NCBI RefSeq assembly: GCF_002310835.1
Contig: NZ_CP011041.1
Span: 660,001 to 692,000, forward strand
Length of the DNA: 32,000 bases
Reading direction: 5' to 3'
Source: Pseudoalteromonas tetraodonis
GTDB lineage: Bacteria; Pseudomonadota; Gammaproteobacteria; Enterobacterales; Alteromonadaceae
Shown here: piece after piece, positions 8,436 to 17,349 of the stretch
Layout of the letters: each line of letters begins with the position of its first letter
Numbering within the stretch: position 1 is the stretch's first letter
Notes under the pieces: model-generated
Told to the model about the DNA's origin: nothing
Database searches by the model: none
What the model saw: only the letters and a program-made list of their open reading frames with translations
Made by a program: the position numbers and the translations under genes

Positions 8436-8484
8436 GCCTAGAGCCTAGAGCCTAGAGCCTAGAGCCTAGAGCCTAGAGCCTAGA
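8436..8484. repeat. Perfect tandem heptanucleotide repeat (GCCTAGA)x7
   Basis: Seven uninterrupted copies counted directly. The array begins 4 nt after the fadL stop and ends 6 nt before the terminator stem. Confidence 0.97.
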
Positions 8485-8486
8485 CA

Positions 8487-8528
8487 CAAAAAAGCCGCTT
8501 ACTTCAAATGAAGTAAGCGGCTTTTTTT
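8487..8528. terminator. Bidirectional intrinsic terminator shared by fadL (+) and valS (-)
   Basis: 16-nt perfect inverted arms AAAGCCGCTTACTTCA/TGAAGTAAGCGGCTTT, flanked by A6 on the left and T7 on the right. Confidence 0.88.
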
Positions 8529-8581
8529 ATACTTATAAATTAACTGTTTACGAATAGCATAAGCCATCCGTAACGGTTTAA

Positions 8582-11434
8582 TTATAAGCTTTCAATCTTC
8601 GTTTTTTGCTCAAGTAGCTTAGTTTTAGCATCTGTAAATTCAGCTAGCTTAGCGTTTTCTTTAGCCAGTACGGCTTCAGGTGCGTTGTTAACAAACTTTT
8701 CGTTAGCGAGTTTATTTTGCACTTGGGCTAGCCCTTTTTCTGCTTTTTCAAGTTGCTTGTTAATTCGTGCAAGCTCGGCTTCAACGTCAATTAAGCCCGC
8801 CATTGGGATCATAATCTCAAGATTGCCAACATAAGAGGTCGCACACGCTGGAGCATCGTCTTTGTTTTCAAGCAGGGTAAACGCTTCAAGCTTAGCTAAT
8901 GACGCTAGGAATGATTCATTCTCGTTTATACGGCGCACATCATCGCTTGATGCGTTAGCCAGTAAAACGCTAAGTGGTTTACTTGGGCTGATATCCATTT
9001 CACCACGGATATTACGAATTGCTAAAATGAATTGCTTAACCCACTCTAAATCGTCCATTGTTTGTGCATCAACATTGGCTTGGTTATAAACAGGGAAGCC
9101 CTGAACCATAATACTGGTACCCGCTGTTTCAAGGCCAGCAAGTGGTGCAACACGTTGCCAAATCGTTTCAGTGATGTAAGGCATCATTGGGTGCATTAAG
9201 CGTAATAAGCTTTCAAGTACGGTAATAAGGGTATGACGTGTACCGCGCTGCTGTGCTTCATTGCCTTTAAATAATACCGGCTTAGTCAGCTCTAAGTACC
9301 AATCACAGAACTGGTTCCAGGTGAATTCGTACAGCGTGTTCGCCGCTAAATCAAAACGGTAGTTATCAAGGTGTTCGGTGTAGGTTTTAACCGTTGCTTC
9401 ATATTGGCCTAAAATCCAACGATCAGCTAACGAGTACTGTTTTTCACTGTCGTTAAAGCCACAGTCTTGCTCTTCTGTGTTCATTAATACGTAACGGCTT
9501 GCGTTCCATAATTTATTACAGAAGTTACGGTAACCTTCAAGACGGTTCATATCCCAGTTGATATCACGACCGGTTGATGCCATGGCAGCTAAAGTAAAGC
9601 GTAGTGCGTCGGTACCGTGTGCTTCAATACCGTTTGCAAATACTTTGCGGGTATCTTTTTCAATTTTAGCGGCAAGTTTAGGCTGCATCATATTGCCAGT
9701 ACGCTTTTGTACTAAGTCTTCAAGGCCAATGCCATCAATCATGTCTAGTGGGTCAAGTACGTTACCTTTTGACTTCGACATTTTATCGCCGTTATCGTCA
9801 CGTATTAGGCCAGTTACATAAACTGTTTTAAAGGGAACTTGTGATTTACCATTTTCATCTTTTATAAAGTGCAGCGTCATCATGATCATACGCGCGACCC
9901 AGAAGAAAATAATATCAAAACCGGTTACCAACACGTCAGACGGGTGGAAGGTTTTTAAGTCATCAGTATTTTCTGGCCAACCTTGAGTTGAGAATGTCCA
10001 AAGTGCAGATGAAAACCAGGTATCAAGAACGTCTTCGTCTTGGCTAAGTGCTACGCTATCTGCAATGTTGTTATCGCGGCGAACTTCCGCTTCATCACGG
10101 CCTACGTATACGTTACCTTCGCTGTCGTACCAAGCTGGAATACGGTGACCCCACCAAAGCTGACGTGAAATACACCAATCTTGTACGTCATTCATCCACG
10201 AAAAGTACATGTTTTCATATTGCTTAGGTACAAACTGAATGTCGCCATTTTTAACAGCCTCTTTTGCAGGCTCTGCAAGAGGAGCTACACGCACATACCA
10301 TTGGTCAGTAAGCAGTGGTTCAATAACCACACCAGAGCGGTCACCGTAAGGAACGGTTAAGCCGTGGTCTTCAATTTTTTCAAGTAGGCCGAGCTCTTCA
10401 AATTCAGCAACAATGGCTTTTCGTGCGTCAAAACGGTCAAGGCCATGCAGGCGCTCAGGAATAGGCGCGTCAAATTCAAGTTCTTTACCATCAAAGGTGT
10501 AGGTTTCACCTTGAGTTAAAATAGCCGCGTCTTTATCGAAGATATTAATCATCGGCATTTGATGACGTTTACCTACTTCGTTATCGTTAAAGTCGTGCGC
10601 AGGGGTGATTTTTACACAGCCTGTACCTTTGTCTTTATCGGCATGTTCATCGGCAACAATTTTAATACGACGATTAACAATCGGTAGTAAAATCTCTTTA
10701 CCGATTAGGTCTTGATAGCGCTCGTCATCTGGGTTTACTGCAACACCTGAGTCACCCAGCATGGTTTCTGGGCGCGTGGTTGCAACAACAATGTAGTCTT
10801 TACCGTCTTGTGTCGTTACACCATCAGCAAGTGGGTAACGTAAGTTCCACATGTGACCTTGCTTGTCTTTGTTTTCAACTTCAAGATCAGAAATCGCAGT
10901 GTGTAATTTTGGATCCCAGTTTACTAGGCGTTTACCACGGTAAATTAGGTTTTCTTTATGAAGGCGTACAAATACTTCTTTAACAGCTTCTGATAGGCCA
11001 TCGTCCATGGTAAAGCGTTCACGGTCCCAATCAACAGAAGCACCAAGGCGACGAAGTTGTTTTGTAATCGTGCCACCAGACTCGTTTTTCCATTCCCAAA
11101 TTTTATCGATGAATGCATCACGGCCTAAATCGTGGCGTGTTTTACCTTCTTCTGCCGCAAGCTTACGCTCTACTAGCATTTGTGTGGCAATACCTGCGTG
11201 GTCAGTACCTACTTGCCACAACGTATTGTTACCTTGCATACGTTTAAAGCGCGTTAAGGTATCCATGATAGTATCTTGGAAAGCGTGGCCCATGTGTAAG
11301 CTACCCGTGACATTTGGCGGCGGGATCATAATTGAATATGGGGTGCCTTGGCCAGATGGCTTAAAGTAGCCTTTTTGTTCCCAGTCTTGATAGAGAGACT
11401 GTTCAATATCTTGCGGATTGTAGGTTTTATCCAT
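8582..11434 (-). CDS. valS: Valine--tRNA ligase
   Basis: 950 aa with a HIGH-type motif ([11 protein letters not shown]), KMSKS ([10 protein letters not shown]) and a C-terminal coiled coil. The holC-valS order matches E. coli. Confidence 0.98.
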   Translation of the reverse strand: MDKTYNPQDIEQSLYQDWEQKGYFKPSGQGTPYSIMIPPPNVTGSLHMGHAFQDTIMDTLTRFKRMQGNNTLWQVGTDHAGIATQMLVERKLAAEEGKTRHDLGRDAFIDKIWEWKNESGGTITKQLRRLGASVDWDRERFTMDDGLSEAVKEVFVRLHKENLIYRGKRLVNWDPKLHTAISDLEVENKDKQGHMWNLRYPLADGVTTQDGKDYIVVATTRPETMLGDSGVAVNPDDERYQDLIGKEILLPIVNRRIKIVADEHADKDKGTGCVKITPAHDFNDNEVGKRHQMPMINIFDKDAAILTQGETYTFDGKELEFDAPIPERLHGLDRFDARKAIVAEFEELGLLEKIEDHGLTVPYGDRSGVVIEPLLTDQWYVRVAPLAEPAKEAVKNGDIQFVPKQYENMYFSWMNDVQDWCISRQLWWGHRIPAWYDSEGNVYVGRDEAEVRRDNNIADSVALSQDEDVLDTWFSSALWTFSTQGWPENTDDLKTFHPSDVLVTGFDIIFFWVARMIMMTLHFIKDENGKSQVPFKTVYVTGLIRDDNGDKMSKSKGNVLDPLDMIDGIGLEDLVQKRTGNMMQPKLAAKIEKDTRKVFANGIEAHGTDALRFTLAAMASTGRDINWDMNRLEGYRNFCNKLWNASRYVLMNTEEQDCGFNDSEKQYSLADRWILGQYEATVKTYTEHLDNYRFDLAANTLYEFTWNQFCDWYLELTKPVLFKGNEAQQRGTRHTLITVLESLLRLMHPMMPYITETIWQRVAPLAGLETAGTSIMVQGFPVYNQANVDAQTMDDLEWVKQFILAIRNIRGEMDISPSKPLSVLLANASSDDVRRINENESFLASLAKLEAFTLLENKDDAPACATSYVGNLEIMIPMAGLIDVEAELARINKQLEKAEKGLAQVQNKLANEKFVNNAPEAVLAKENAKLAEFTDAKTKLLEQKTKIESL

Positions 11435-11492
11435 TACACAGAACCTTAAATAAGTACTTAAATGAGTTAGTTAGCTTTGTACGCAGTGAGCG

Positions 11493-11939
11493 TTAGCGAT
11501 TAATATCTTGCGTGGTGATATTGGCACCGAGTTGGCGTAGTTTTTTAAAGCGCTCACGAGCGGCTTGTTTGGCTACGGGCTCTACGGGTACAAAATCAAA
11601 AACTTGGTTAAACCGACGAATAAAATCCGGTAAGTGATTGGCCAAGTTAATTAATACTTTACGATTACCAACGGGTGGTGTTGTGCCTATTTCTACAGGT
11701 GCGCCGCCTTTTGGGCCTTCGCCTTGTAAATTGTGAGGTACAAAACTGTCGGCATCAAATGTCCAAATAGTTTCGTCAATGCTGTTGGCGGTTTCTTCGC
11801 TATCTACAAAAATAAATACGCGTTGACCAAGCCGATACTGTTGCCCAGCTATTTGAGCTGCTAAAGCAAAGTGATCATCGGCTTTAGCTAATGACTCATC
11901 TTGTTGCTTTAAAATGAAAAACTGGGCATTCATGTTCAT
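11493..11939 (-). CDS. holC: DNA polymerase III chi subunit
   Basis: FVPHNLQGEGPKGGAPVEI and ARERFKKLR match E. coli HolC (FVPHNLAGEGPRGGAPVEI, ARERYKAYR). I trimmed the start to MNMNAQFFIL, but the choice between the ATGs at 11939 and 11933 is uncertain. Confidence 0.9.
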   Translation of the reverse strand: MNMNAQFFILKQQDESLAKADDHFALAAQIAGQQYRLGQRVFIFVDSEETANSIDETIWTFDADSFVPHNLQGEGPKGGAPVEIGTTPPVGNRKVLINLANHLPDFIRRFNQVFDFVPVEPVAKQAARERFKKLRQLGANITTQDINR

Positions 11940-12043
11940 TGTATCGGGATTTCCCATGACATTGATTGTGCTGTTATTAAATACACACAAATTAAGAAGG
12001 GGATTTTGCCATATAACGGGGTTTGCTTCAATTAATACCCAAT

Positions 12044-12073
12044 AAATAAGGCGCTTTAAAAGCGCCTTATTTT
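12044..12073 (-). terminator. Hairpin terminator/attenuator between pepA and holC
   Basis: Palindrome TAAGGCGCTTT-A-AAAGCGCCTTA with short T-rich flanks on both strands, located 40 bp after the pepA stop. Confidence 0.55.
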
Positions 12074-12111
12074 ATACTCTACATTGAGCTGTGAAGCCCT
12101 GTGTTGGTTTG

Positions 12112-13623
12112 TTAGTCGTGAGTTGCTTCGCTAATACCAGCTCGGTTTAATAAATACTGAGTCAGCATAGGAACAGGACGACCTGTTGCGCCTTTTTTAG
12201 CGCCGCTGCGCCATGCAGTACCGGCAATATCTAAATGAGCCCAGTTATACTTTTTAGTAAATTTAGATAAGAAACAGGCCGCGGTAATAGTACCTGCAGC
12301 GCGCCCACCTAAATTAGTAAAGTCGGCAAACGGGCTTTCAAGTTGATCTTGATAATCATCCCATAATGGCAGTTGCCATGCACGATCGCCACTTTGCTCA
12401 GACGCTTTTAATAAATCATGCGCCAGTGGATTATGATTAGCTAATAAACCCGTAGCATGGGCACCTAAAGCGACAATACACGCACCGGTTAAGGTTGCAA
12501 CATCAATCACGGTTTCAGGCTCAAAACGTTCAACATAGGTCAGCGCATCACATAATACTAAACGGCCTTCGGCATCGGTGTTAAGTACTTCTACCGTTTG
12601 CCCAGACATAGTTGTTAGTATGTCTCCTGGGCGATAGGCGTTTGAGCTTGGCATGTTTTCACAGCCGGCTAAAACACCAATTACGTTTATAGGTAGCTGC
12701 ATTTGTGCAAGTGAGCGCATAGCGCCAATAACACCAGCTGCGCCCCCCATGTCGTATTTCATTTCATCCATGCCTTCGCCTGGTTTTAATGAAATACCGC
12801 CTGAGTCAAAGGTTAAGCCTTTACCAACGAGAACGATAGGCGCTTGGTCATCGCCTGCGCCTTTGTAGTTAATTACCGACATAACTGATTCGTTATCGCT
12901 GCCACGACCTACTGCTAGGTATGAGTTCATTCCTAGTTCGGCCATTTTATCTTCGCCAATTAGCTCAACAGTGATGTTATCAAAATTAGCTTCCAGTTCT
13001 TTGGCTTGCTCGCCAAGGTACGCTGGATTACAAATATTAGGCGGCATATTAGCAACGTCTTTACACAGCTTACTACCTGCTGCAATCGCTAAACCATGCT
13101 CAATGGCACTTTCGCCTATAGTAAGTTCACGGCGAGTAGGGACGTTAAATACCATTTTACGTAGTGGGCGGCGAGGGTCTACTTTTTTACTTTTCAGCTG
13201 ATTAAAGGTGTAAAGGCAATCTTGTGTTGTTTCCACCGCTTGACGTACTTTCCAATAGGTATCACGCCCTTTAACATGTTGTTCAGTTAAAAAGCACACG
13301 GCCTCCATTGAACCCGTTTCGTTTAGCGTGTTGATAGTTTTAGAAATAATTTGCTTATATTGTTTATCGTCAAGCTCGCGTTCTTTACCGCAGCCAACAA
13401 GTAAAATACGTTCGCTTAAAATATTGGGCACATGATGCAATAGTAGTACTTGTCCTGGCTTACCTTCTAAGTCGCCACGGCGTAATAAATTAGAGATATA
13501 ACCATCGCTAATTTTATCAAGTTGTTCACCAATGGGGGATAACCTGCGTGGTTCATATACACCCACAACAATACACGCACTGCGTTGTTTTTCTGGGCTA
13601 CCACTTTTTACGTTGAATTCCAT
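12112..13623 (-). CDS. pepA: Leucyl aminopeptidase PepA
   Basis: Start set at [23 protein letters not shown], nearly identical to the E. coli PepA N-terminus. Carries the NTDAEGRL signature. Confidence 0.97.
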   Translation of the reverse strand: MEFNVKSGSPEKQRSACIVVGVYEPRRLSPIGEQLDKISDGYISNLLRRGDLEGKPGQVLLLHHVPNILSERILLVGCGKERELDDKQYKQIISKTINTLNETGSMEAVCFLTEQHVKGRDTYWKVRQAVETTQDCLYTFNQLKSKKVDPRRPLRKMVFNVPTRRELTIGESAIEHGLAIAAGSKLCKDVANMPPNICNPAYLGEQAKELEANFDNITVELIGEDKMAELGMNSYLAVGRGSDNESVMSVINYKGAGDDQAPIVLVGKGLTFDSGGISLKPGEGMDEMKYDMGGAAGVIGAMRSLAQMQLPINVIGVLAGCENMPSSNAYRPGDILTTMSGQTVEVLNTDAEGRLVLCDALTYVERFEPETVIDVATLTGACIVALGAHATGLLANHNPLAHDLLKASEQSGDRAWQLPLWDDYQDQLESPFADFTNLGGRAAGTITAACFLSKFTKKYNWAHLDIAGTAWRSGAKKGATGRPVPMLTQYLLNRAGISEATHD

Positions 13624-13857
13624 TGTCACTCCTGATTTTGAGTCATCTATAGAAGCTAAATTGGGACTAAAAATGTGTTTTCTAGTCTTTTTACCTAAAT
13701 TTTTAGGTCTAGCGCTAATATTAGTAGATTTTACTCGACTCTTACTGTGTATTTGAACTTTATATGCTTAAGGGTAACTAATGCAACATTATATCGTGAT
13801 GTTAGGTAGGATAATTAATATTGATGGCTTATAATATGTGCTTAATACTCATTTAAA

Positions 13858-13891
13858 ATGAGTGAATTAACTAGTTCACTCATCGTTTTTT
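13858..13891 (+). promoter_or_regulatory. Terminator-like hairpin plus T6 inside the lptF 5' leader
   Basis: 9-bp stem ATGAGTGAA/TTCACTCAT with an 8-nt loop, then CG and TTTTTT. It ends 37 nt before the lptF ATG. Its 5' arm overlaps an alternative upstream hairpin (13847-13863). Confidence 0.45.
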
Positions 13892-13927
13892 ATTATTATA
13901 TTGAAATTCCATGTTTAACAGGGGCGA

Positions 13928-15043
13928 ATGTTGCTAATTTTCCGTTATTTGACCACTGAGGTTTTAAAATCGCAGGTCGCCGTATTTTTAACTTTGATGA
14001 CCATATTTTTGTCGCAAAAGTTTGTTGTTATTCTTGGTGATGCCTCAGAGGGGAGTATCCCAGCAAAACTCGTGTTCTCAATGATTGCGCTTAAGTTGCC
14101 ACAGTTAGCATCATTAATTTTACCCCTGAGTTTATTTTTAGGAATTATTTTAGCTTACAGCCGTATTTACGCTGACAGTGAAATGACAGTACTTAAAGCT
14201 TGTGGCGTGAGTGAGTGGTATGTGGTGCGCATTACGCTTATTTCTAGTGTCATCTTAGCGTTACTCGCCGCGGTACTTACCTTGTATGTTGCACCTTGGG
14301 CTAGCGAGCAAGAATATCAATTAAAAGAGCAAGCAAAGGCGGATGCTGGATTATCGGCGCTTAGAGCTGGGCGTTTTCAACAAACCGGTAACGAAAAAGC
14401 CGTGGTATTTATTCATAATATTGAAAATGGCGGCAAAGAACTTAATAAAGTATTTGTTGCGCAGTTACCAGATAGTGAAAAAGGCGATTTAGCGCGTTTA
14501 GTATACGCTGAGCAAGGCGTTGTAATTGAAGCACAAAATGGTGAGCAGCAGTTAGTACTTACTGATGGTAAACGCTACGAAACTGATGGCGAAGCGCCTT
14601 CGCTTAACTTAACTGAGTTTGATGGTTACAGCGTACAAATTCGCGAACAAGAAATAGAGCATCAACGTCGTAAATTAGAAGCTGTGCCAACCCGTGAACT
14701 TATGTCAATTAATACTCCCGAAGCAATTGCACAGTGGCAGTGGCGTTTAGCGATCCCACTTTCCATTCCGTTATTAACTTTGCTGGCCGTGCCTTTGAGT
14801 GTAGTAAACCCTCGCCAAGGTAAATTTGCAAAATTGGTACCCGCTATCAGCTTGTATTTAGGCTATTTTATTTTACTTAATGCGGCCAAATTTGCAGTAG
14901 AGGATGGCAAAATTCCGCCATCAATTGGACTGTGGTGGATTCATTTAAGTGCATTATTTATTGGTAGCTTATTAATTATTAGAGGTCGTCCATTGGGTGC
15001 TTGGCTTAAAGCTGTCGTCACTAAGCGGGAGCAAAACCTATGA
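13928..15043 (+). CDS. lptF: LPS export ABC transporter permease LptF
   Basis: 371 aa colinear with E. coli LptF as recalled (IPAKLVFSMIALKLPQLASLILPLSLFLG, PLSVVNPRQGKF). Divergent from pepA as in E. coli. Confidence 0.93.
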   Translation: MLLIFRYLTTEVLKSQVAVFLTLMTIFLSQKFVVILGDASEGSIPAKLVFSMIALKLPQLASLILPLSLFLGIILAYSRIYADSEMTVLKACGVSEWYVVRITLISSVILALLAAVLTLYVAPWASEQEYQLKEQAKADAGLSALRAGRFQQTGNEKAVVFIHNIENGGKELNKVFVAQLPDSEKGDLARLVYAEQGVVIEAQNGEQQLVLTDGKRYETDGEAPSLNLTEFDGYSVQIREQEIEHQRRKLEAVPTRELMSINTPEAIAQWQWRLAIPLSIPLLTLLAVPLSVVNPRQGKFAKLVPAISLYLGYFILLNAAKFAVEDGKIPPSIGLWWIHLSALFIGSLLIIRGRPLGAWLKAVVTKREQNL

Positions 15044-16107
15044 TGAAGACACTTGATTGGTACTTAGGTCGTAGCATTTTGCAAACCACAGGGTTTGCGT
15101 TAATGGTGCTCGTGGGTATTAGTACATTAATAAAGTTTATTGAGCAGCTTAAATCTGTAGGGCGCGGGAGCTACGATATAATGACTGCCATGCTGTACAC
15201 TATTTACAGTATTCCAGATGATTTAGTGGTGTTTTTTCCTATGGCTGCACTTATTGGTGGCTTAACTGGATTAGGAGCGCTTGCCTCAAATAGTGAGTTG
15301 GTAGTAATGCAAGCGGCGGGGATGTCGCGTTTACAAATTATTGGCTCAGTAATGAAAACAGCTATTTTTATGGCATTGTGCGTAATGGCTTTAGGCGAGT
15401 GGGGCGCTCCTGCTGCACAGCTGCACGCTAAGGAAATGCGTAATCAAGCGATTCATGGTGGTGATGTGTTTAATGCGCAAAAAGGAGTATGGGCTAAAGA
15501 TGGTAATAACTTCATTAACATTGAAGATGTTGACCAAAATGGCATGCTGCGCGGCGTTAACATGTATCATTTTGATAAATCGTTATCACTAACACAAATC
15601 ACCAAAGCAAAAGAAGCCGTAGGGCGAGATAGTGGTTGGCTATTGCGCGATGTAAATAAAGTGATGATCAGCGAAGAGTTAATTACCACTGAACAAGTTT
15701 CTGAAGAGTTTTACCCTTCGCAGCTTACCGCCGAAAAGCTAGGCGTGGTATCGGTAAAACCAGAATCACTGTCGTTTTCAGGGCTATGGTCATATTTAGC
15801 TTACTTACAACAAAATGAGCAAGACACCAGCACCTATGATTTAGCGCTCTGGCGTAAATTAATGCAGCCCGTGTCTATTGCCGTAATGTTGTTGGTTGCC
15901 TTGTCGTTTATATTTGGTCCGCTGCGAACTGTAACTATGGGGGCACGAATTATTATGGGGGTGGTAACCGGTATTGTGTTTCATCTAACCAATGAGATAT
16001 TTGGGCCTGTGGTAATGGTATATCAAATTCCTGCAATTATAGGCGCCGTTTTGCCGAGCATCTTATTTACAGGGTTTGCAGCTTATTTAATGAATAAGCG
16101 GGTATAA
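15040..16107 (+). CDS. lptG: LPS export ABC transporter permease LptG
   Basis: 355 aa with an ATGA overlap to lptF, a YjgP/YjgQ-type permease profile and an LDWYLGRSIL N-terminus. Confidence 0.93.
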   Translation: MMKTLDWYLGRSILQTTGFALMVLVGISTLIKFIEQLKSVGRGSYDIMTAMLYTIYSIPDDLVVFFPMAALIGGLTGLGALASNSELVVMQAAGMSRLQIIGSVMKTAIFMALCVMALGEWGAPAAQLHAKEMRNQAIHGGDVFNAQKGVWAKDGNNFINIEDVDQNGMLRGVNMYHFDKSLSLTQITKAKEAVGRDSGWLLRDVNKVMISEELITTEQVSEEFYPSQLTAEKLGVVSVKPESLSFSGLWSYLAYLQQNEQDTSTYDLALWRKLMQPVSIAVMLLVALSFIFGPLRTVTMGARIIMGVVTGIVFHLTNEIFGPVVMVYQIPAIIGAVLPSILFTGFAAYLMNKRV

Positions 16108-16124
16108 CTAAATTTAAAGCTTAA

Positions 16125-16165
16125 ATAAAAAACGCGGCCTTTGTAAAAAGCGCCGCGTTTTTTAT
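16125..16165. terminator. Bidirectional intrinsic terminator (lptG + / RDD gene -)
   Basis: Stem AACGCGGC/GCCGCGTT with an inner extension, preceded by A6 and followed by T6. Confidence 0.8.
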
Positions 16166-16220
16166 TCTTTAGATTGAGATTATACCAATTCGCTTAATTA
16201 AGTATTATTGCGGATTGATA

Positions 16221-16718
16221 TCATAGTTCGCGATAAACGCGTTTATTTTCTTCTTTGGTGAGCGTAACCACTTCGGTTTTTGATAGGTAATCTTGTAGTG
16301 CTTTTTTATTTTTAAAATCCACTAATACCACTAAATTACCTAAACCCAGCAATGCGCTGATACTGCGGATAATGGCTTGTGGCCAGCTAATTAAGTTTCC
16401 CTGATGGGTTTGTACTTTTAATCGCCACGCACGCATACCAATTGTTTGCCCGCTTTTAGTCCAAAAATAACCAAAAAACACCAAACCAACCAGAACTAAC
16501 AGTGAGCTGCGAATCCCTGAAAGTAACAGTGAGTCCTGAATACGTGCTGAGACATCTTCAGCGCCATTAAGAGCAATAACATCAAGGGAAATAAGCCCTT
16601 GAATAGCAAATAAATACAATACCACCGTTAGCATCGCAAAAGCGATAATAGCTAATGTATCGTACACCAATGACGCAAAACGGCGCCAAAATCCTGCCCG
16701 TGGAAACTCAGCCAACAT
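16221..16718 (-). CDS. RDD-family membrane protein
   Basis: 165 aa. The N-terminus AGFWRRFASLVYDTLAIIAF plus three TM segments and the later GQTIGMRAWRLKV are typical of the RDD family. Confidence 0.8.
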   Translation of the reverse strand: MLAEFPRAGFWRRFASLVYDTLAIIAFAMLTVVLYLFAIQGLISLDVIALNGAEDVSARIQDSLLLSGIRSSLLVLVGLVFFGYFWTKSGQTIGMRAWRLKVQTHQGNLISWPQAIIRSISALLGLGNLVVLVDFKNKKALQDYLSKTEVVTLTKEENKRVYREL

Positions 16719-16868
16719 AAATATACTCTCAATGTTAATGTGCGCGATAGTTTAGCAAATAAGCCGTCAAATACTACCTATTACGCTACGTGCTTAACTC
16801 GATATTGGCTCAAATGTTAATGGTTGCCTAAATGTTAAGCGGTTGATCATGCTTAATACATAAAACGC

Positions 16869-16896
16869 TTGCCGCTTTGCTTATTGTTTGTATAAT
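16869..16896 (+). promoter_or_regulatory. Candidate sigma70 promoter for tRNA-Leu
   Basis: -35 TTGCCG, 16-nt spacer, perfect -10 TATAAT. This predicts a leader of about 87 nt before the tRNA. Confidence 0.45.
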
Positions 16897-16989
16897 GCTT
16901 AGCAATGAGATGGAAGAGGGTACATAATCTTTCACTCTAAAGTGGTTTTTCTTTATCTTCTCTTGTTTAGAAGGTTAAAGAAAAATGAT

Positions 16990-17074
16990 GCCAGCGTGAT
17001 GAAATTGGTATACATGGGGGATTCAAAATCCCCTGCCGCAAGGCGTGCCGGTTCAAGTCCGGCCGCTGGTACCA
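16990..17074 (+). tRNA. tRNA-Leu (anticodon CAA), class II with long variable arm
   Basis: 85 nt, alignable to E. coli leuX as recalled. Acceptor GCCAGCG/CGCTGGT, anticodon arm GGGGA-TTCAAAA-TCCCC, variable arm GCCGCAAGGCGT. T arm GCCGG-TTCAAGT-CCGGC, with ACCA encoded. Confidence 0.9.
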
Positions 17075-17084
17075 CTTTTTATAG

Positions 17085-17113
17085 CCCCTGCTAGATTTAG
17101 CAGGGGTTTTTTT
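17085..17113 (+). terminator. Intrinsic terminator after tRNA-Leu
   Basis: CCCCTGCT-AGATTT-AGCAGGGG followed by T7. Confidence 0.85.
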
Positions 17114-17173
17114 ATGCCTTAAATTTGAGTGGCTGAACTTGAGCGGCACGTGAGGTGCCGCTGTTATAAGTAA

Positions 17174-17193
17174 AAGTCCGGCCGCTGGTACCA
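17174..17193 (+). pseudogene. Truncated tRNA-Leu fragment (3'-terminal 20 nt only)
   Basis: AAGTCCGGCCGCTGGTACCA is identical to 17055-17074. No matching 5' acceptor strand, D arm or anticodon arm lies upstream. Confidence 0.75.
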
Positions 17194-17202
17194 CTTTTAT
17201 AG

Positions 17203-17230
17203 CCCCGACCAAATTGGTTGGGGTTTTTTT
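17203..17230 (+). terminator. Second intrinsic terminator (paralogue of 17085-17113)
   Basis: CCCCGACCAA-A-TTGGTTGGGG followed by T7. The flanks are the same as in the first copy but the stem interior differs. Confidence 0.8.
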
Positions 17231-17349
17231 ATGCCTTAAATTTTAATAGCCTAAAGCCGCCAGAAATGAGAACACTTATTCCTTATGCTGTTCTTTGCTT
17301 CCATTAAGAATGTAATTAACCTAAGCTCAACTATAAAGTTTATTAAGAA

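Noticed and set aside
8436-8484. CRISPR array
   Set aside because: The 7-nt units are contiguous with no spacers, and no cas genes are present. It is a microsatellite.
8862-11369. Plus-strand ORFs 8862-9089, 9558-9821, 10780-10983 and 11007-11369
   Set aside because: All lie entirely antisense within valS, have Ser/Arg/Cys-rich low-complexity translations and lack RBSs. They are typical shadow ORFs of a long gene.
12653-13756. Plus-strand ORFs 12653-12868, 12971-13201 and 13532-13756
   Set aside because: They are shadow ORFs opposite pepA with low-complexity Ser/Pro/Ala translations.
16967-17212. 81-aa minus-strand ORF
   Set aside because: It lies directly over tRNA-Leu, its terminator and the duplicated fragment. 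The translation reflects the structured RNA sequence and is not a protein.
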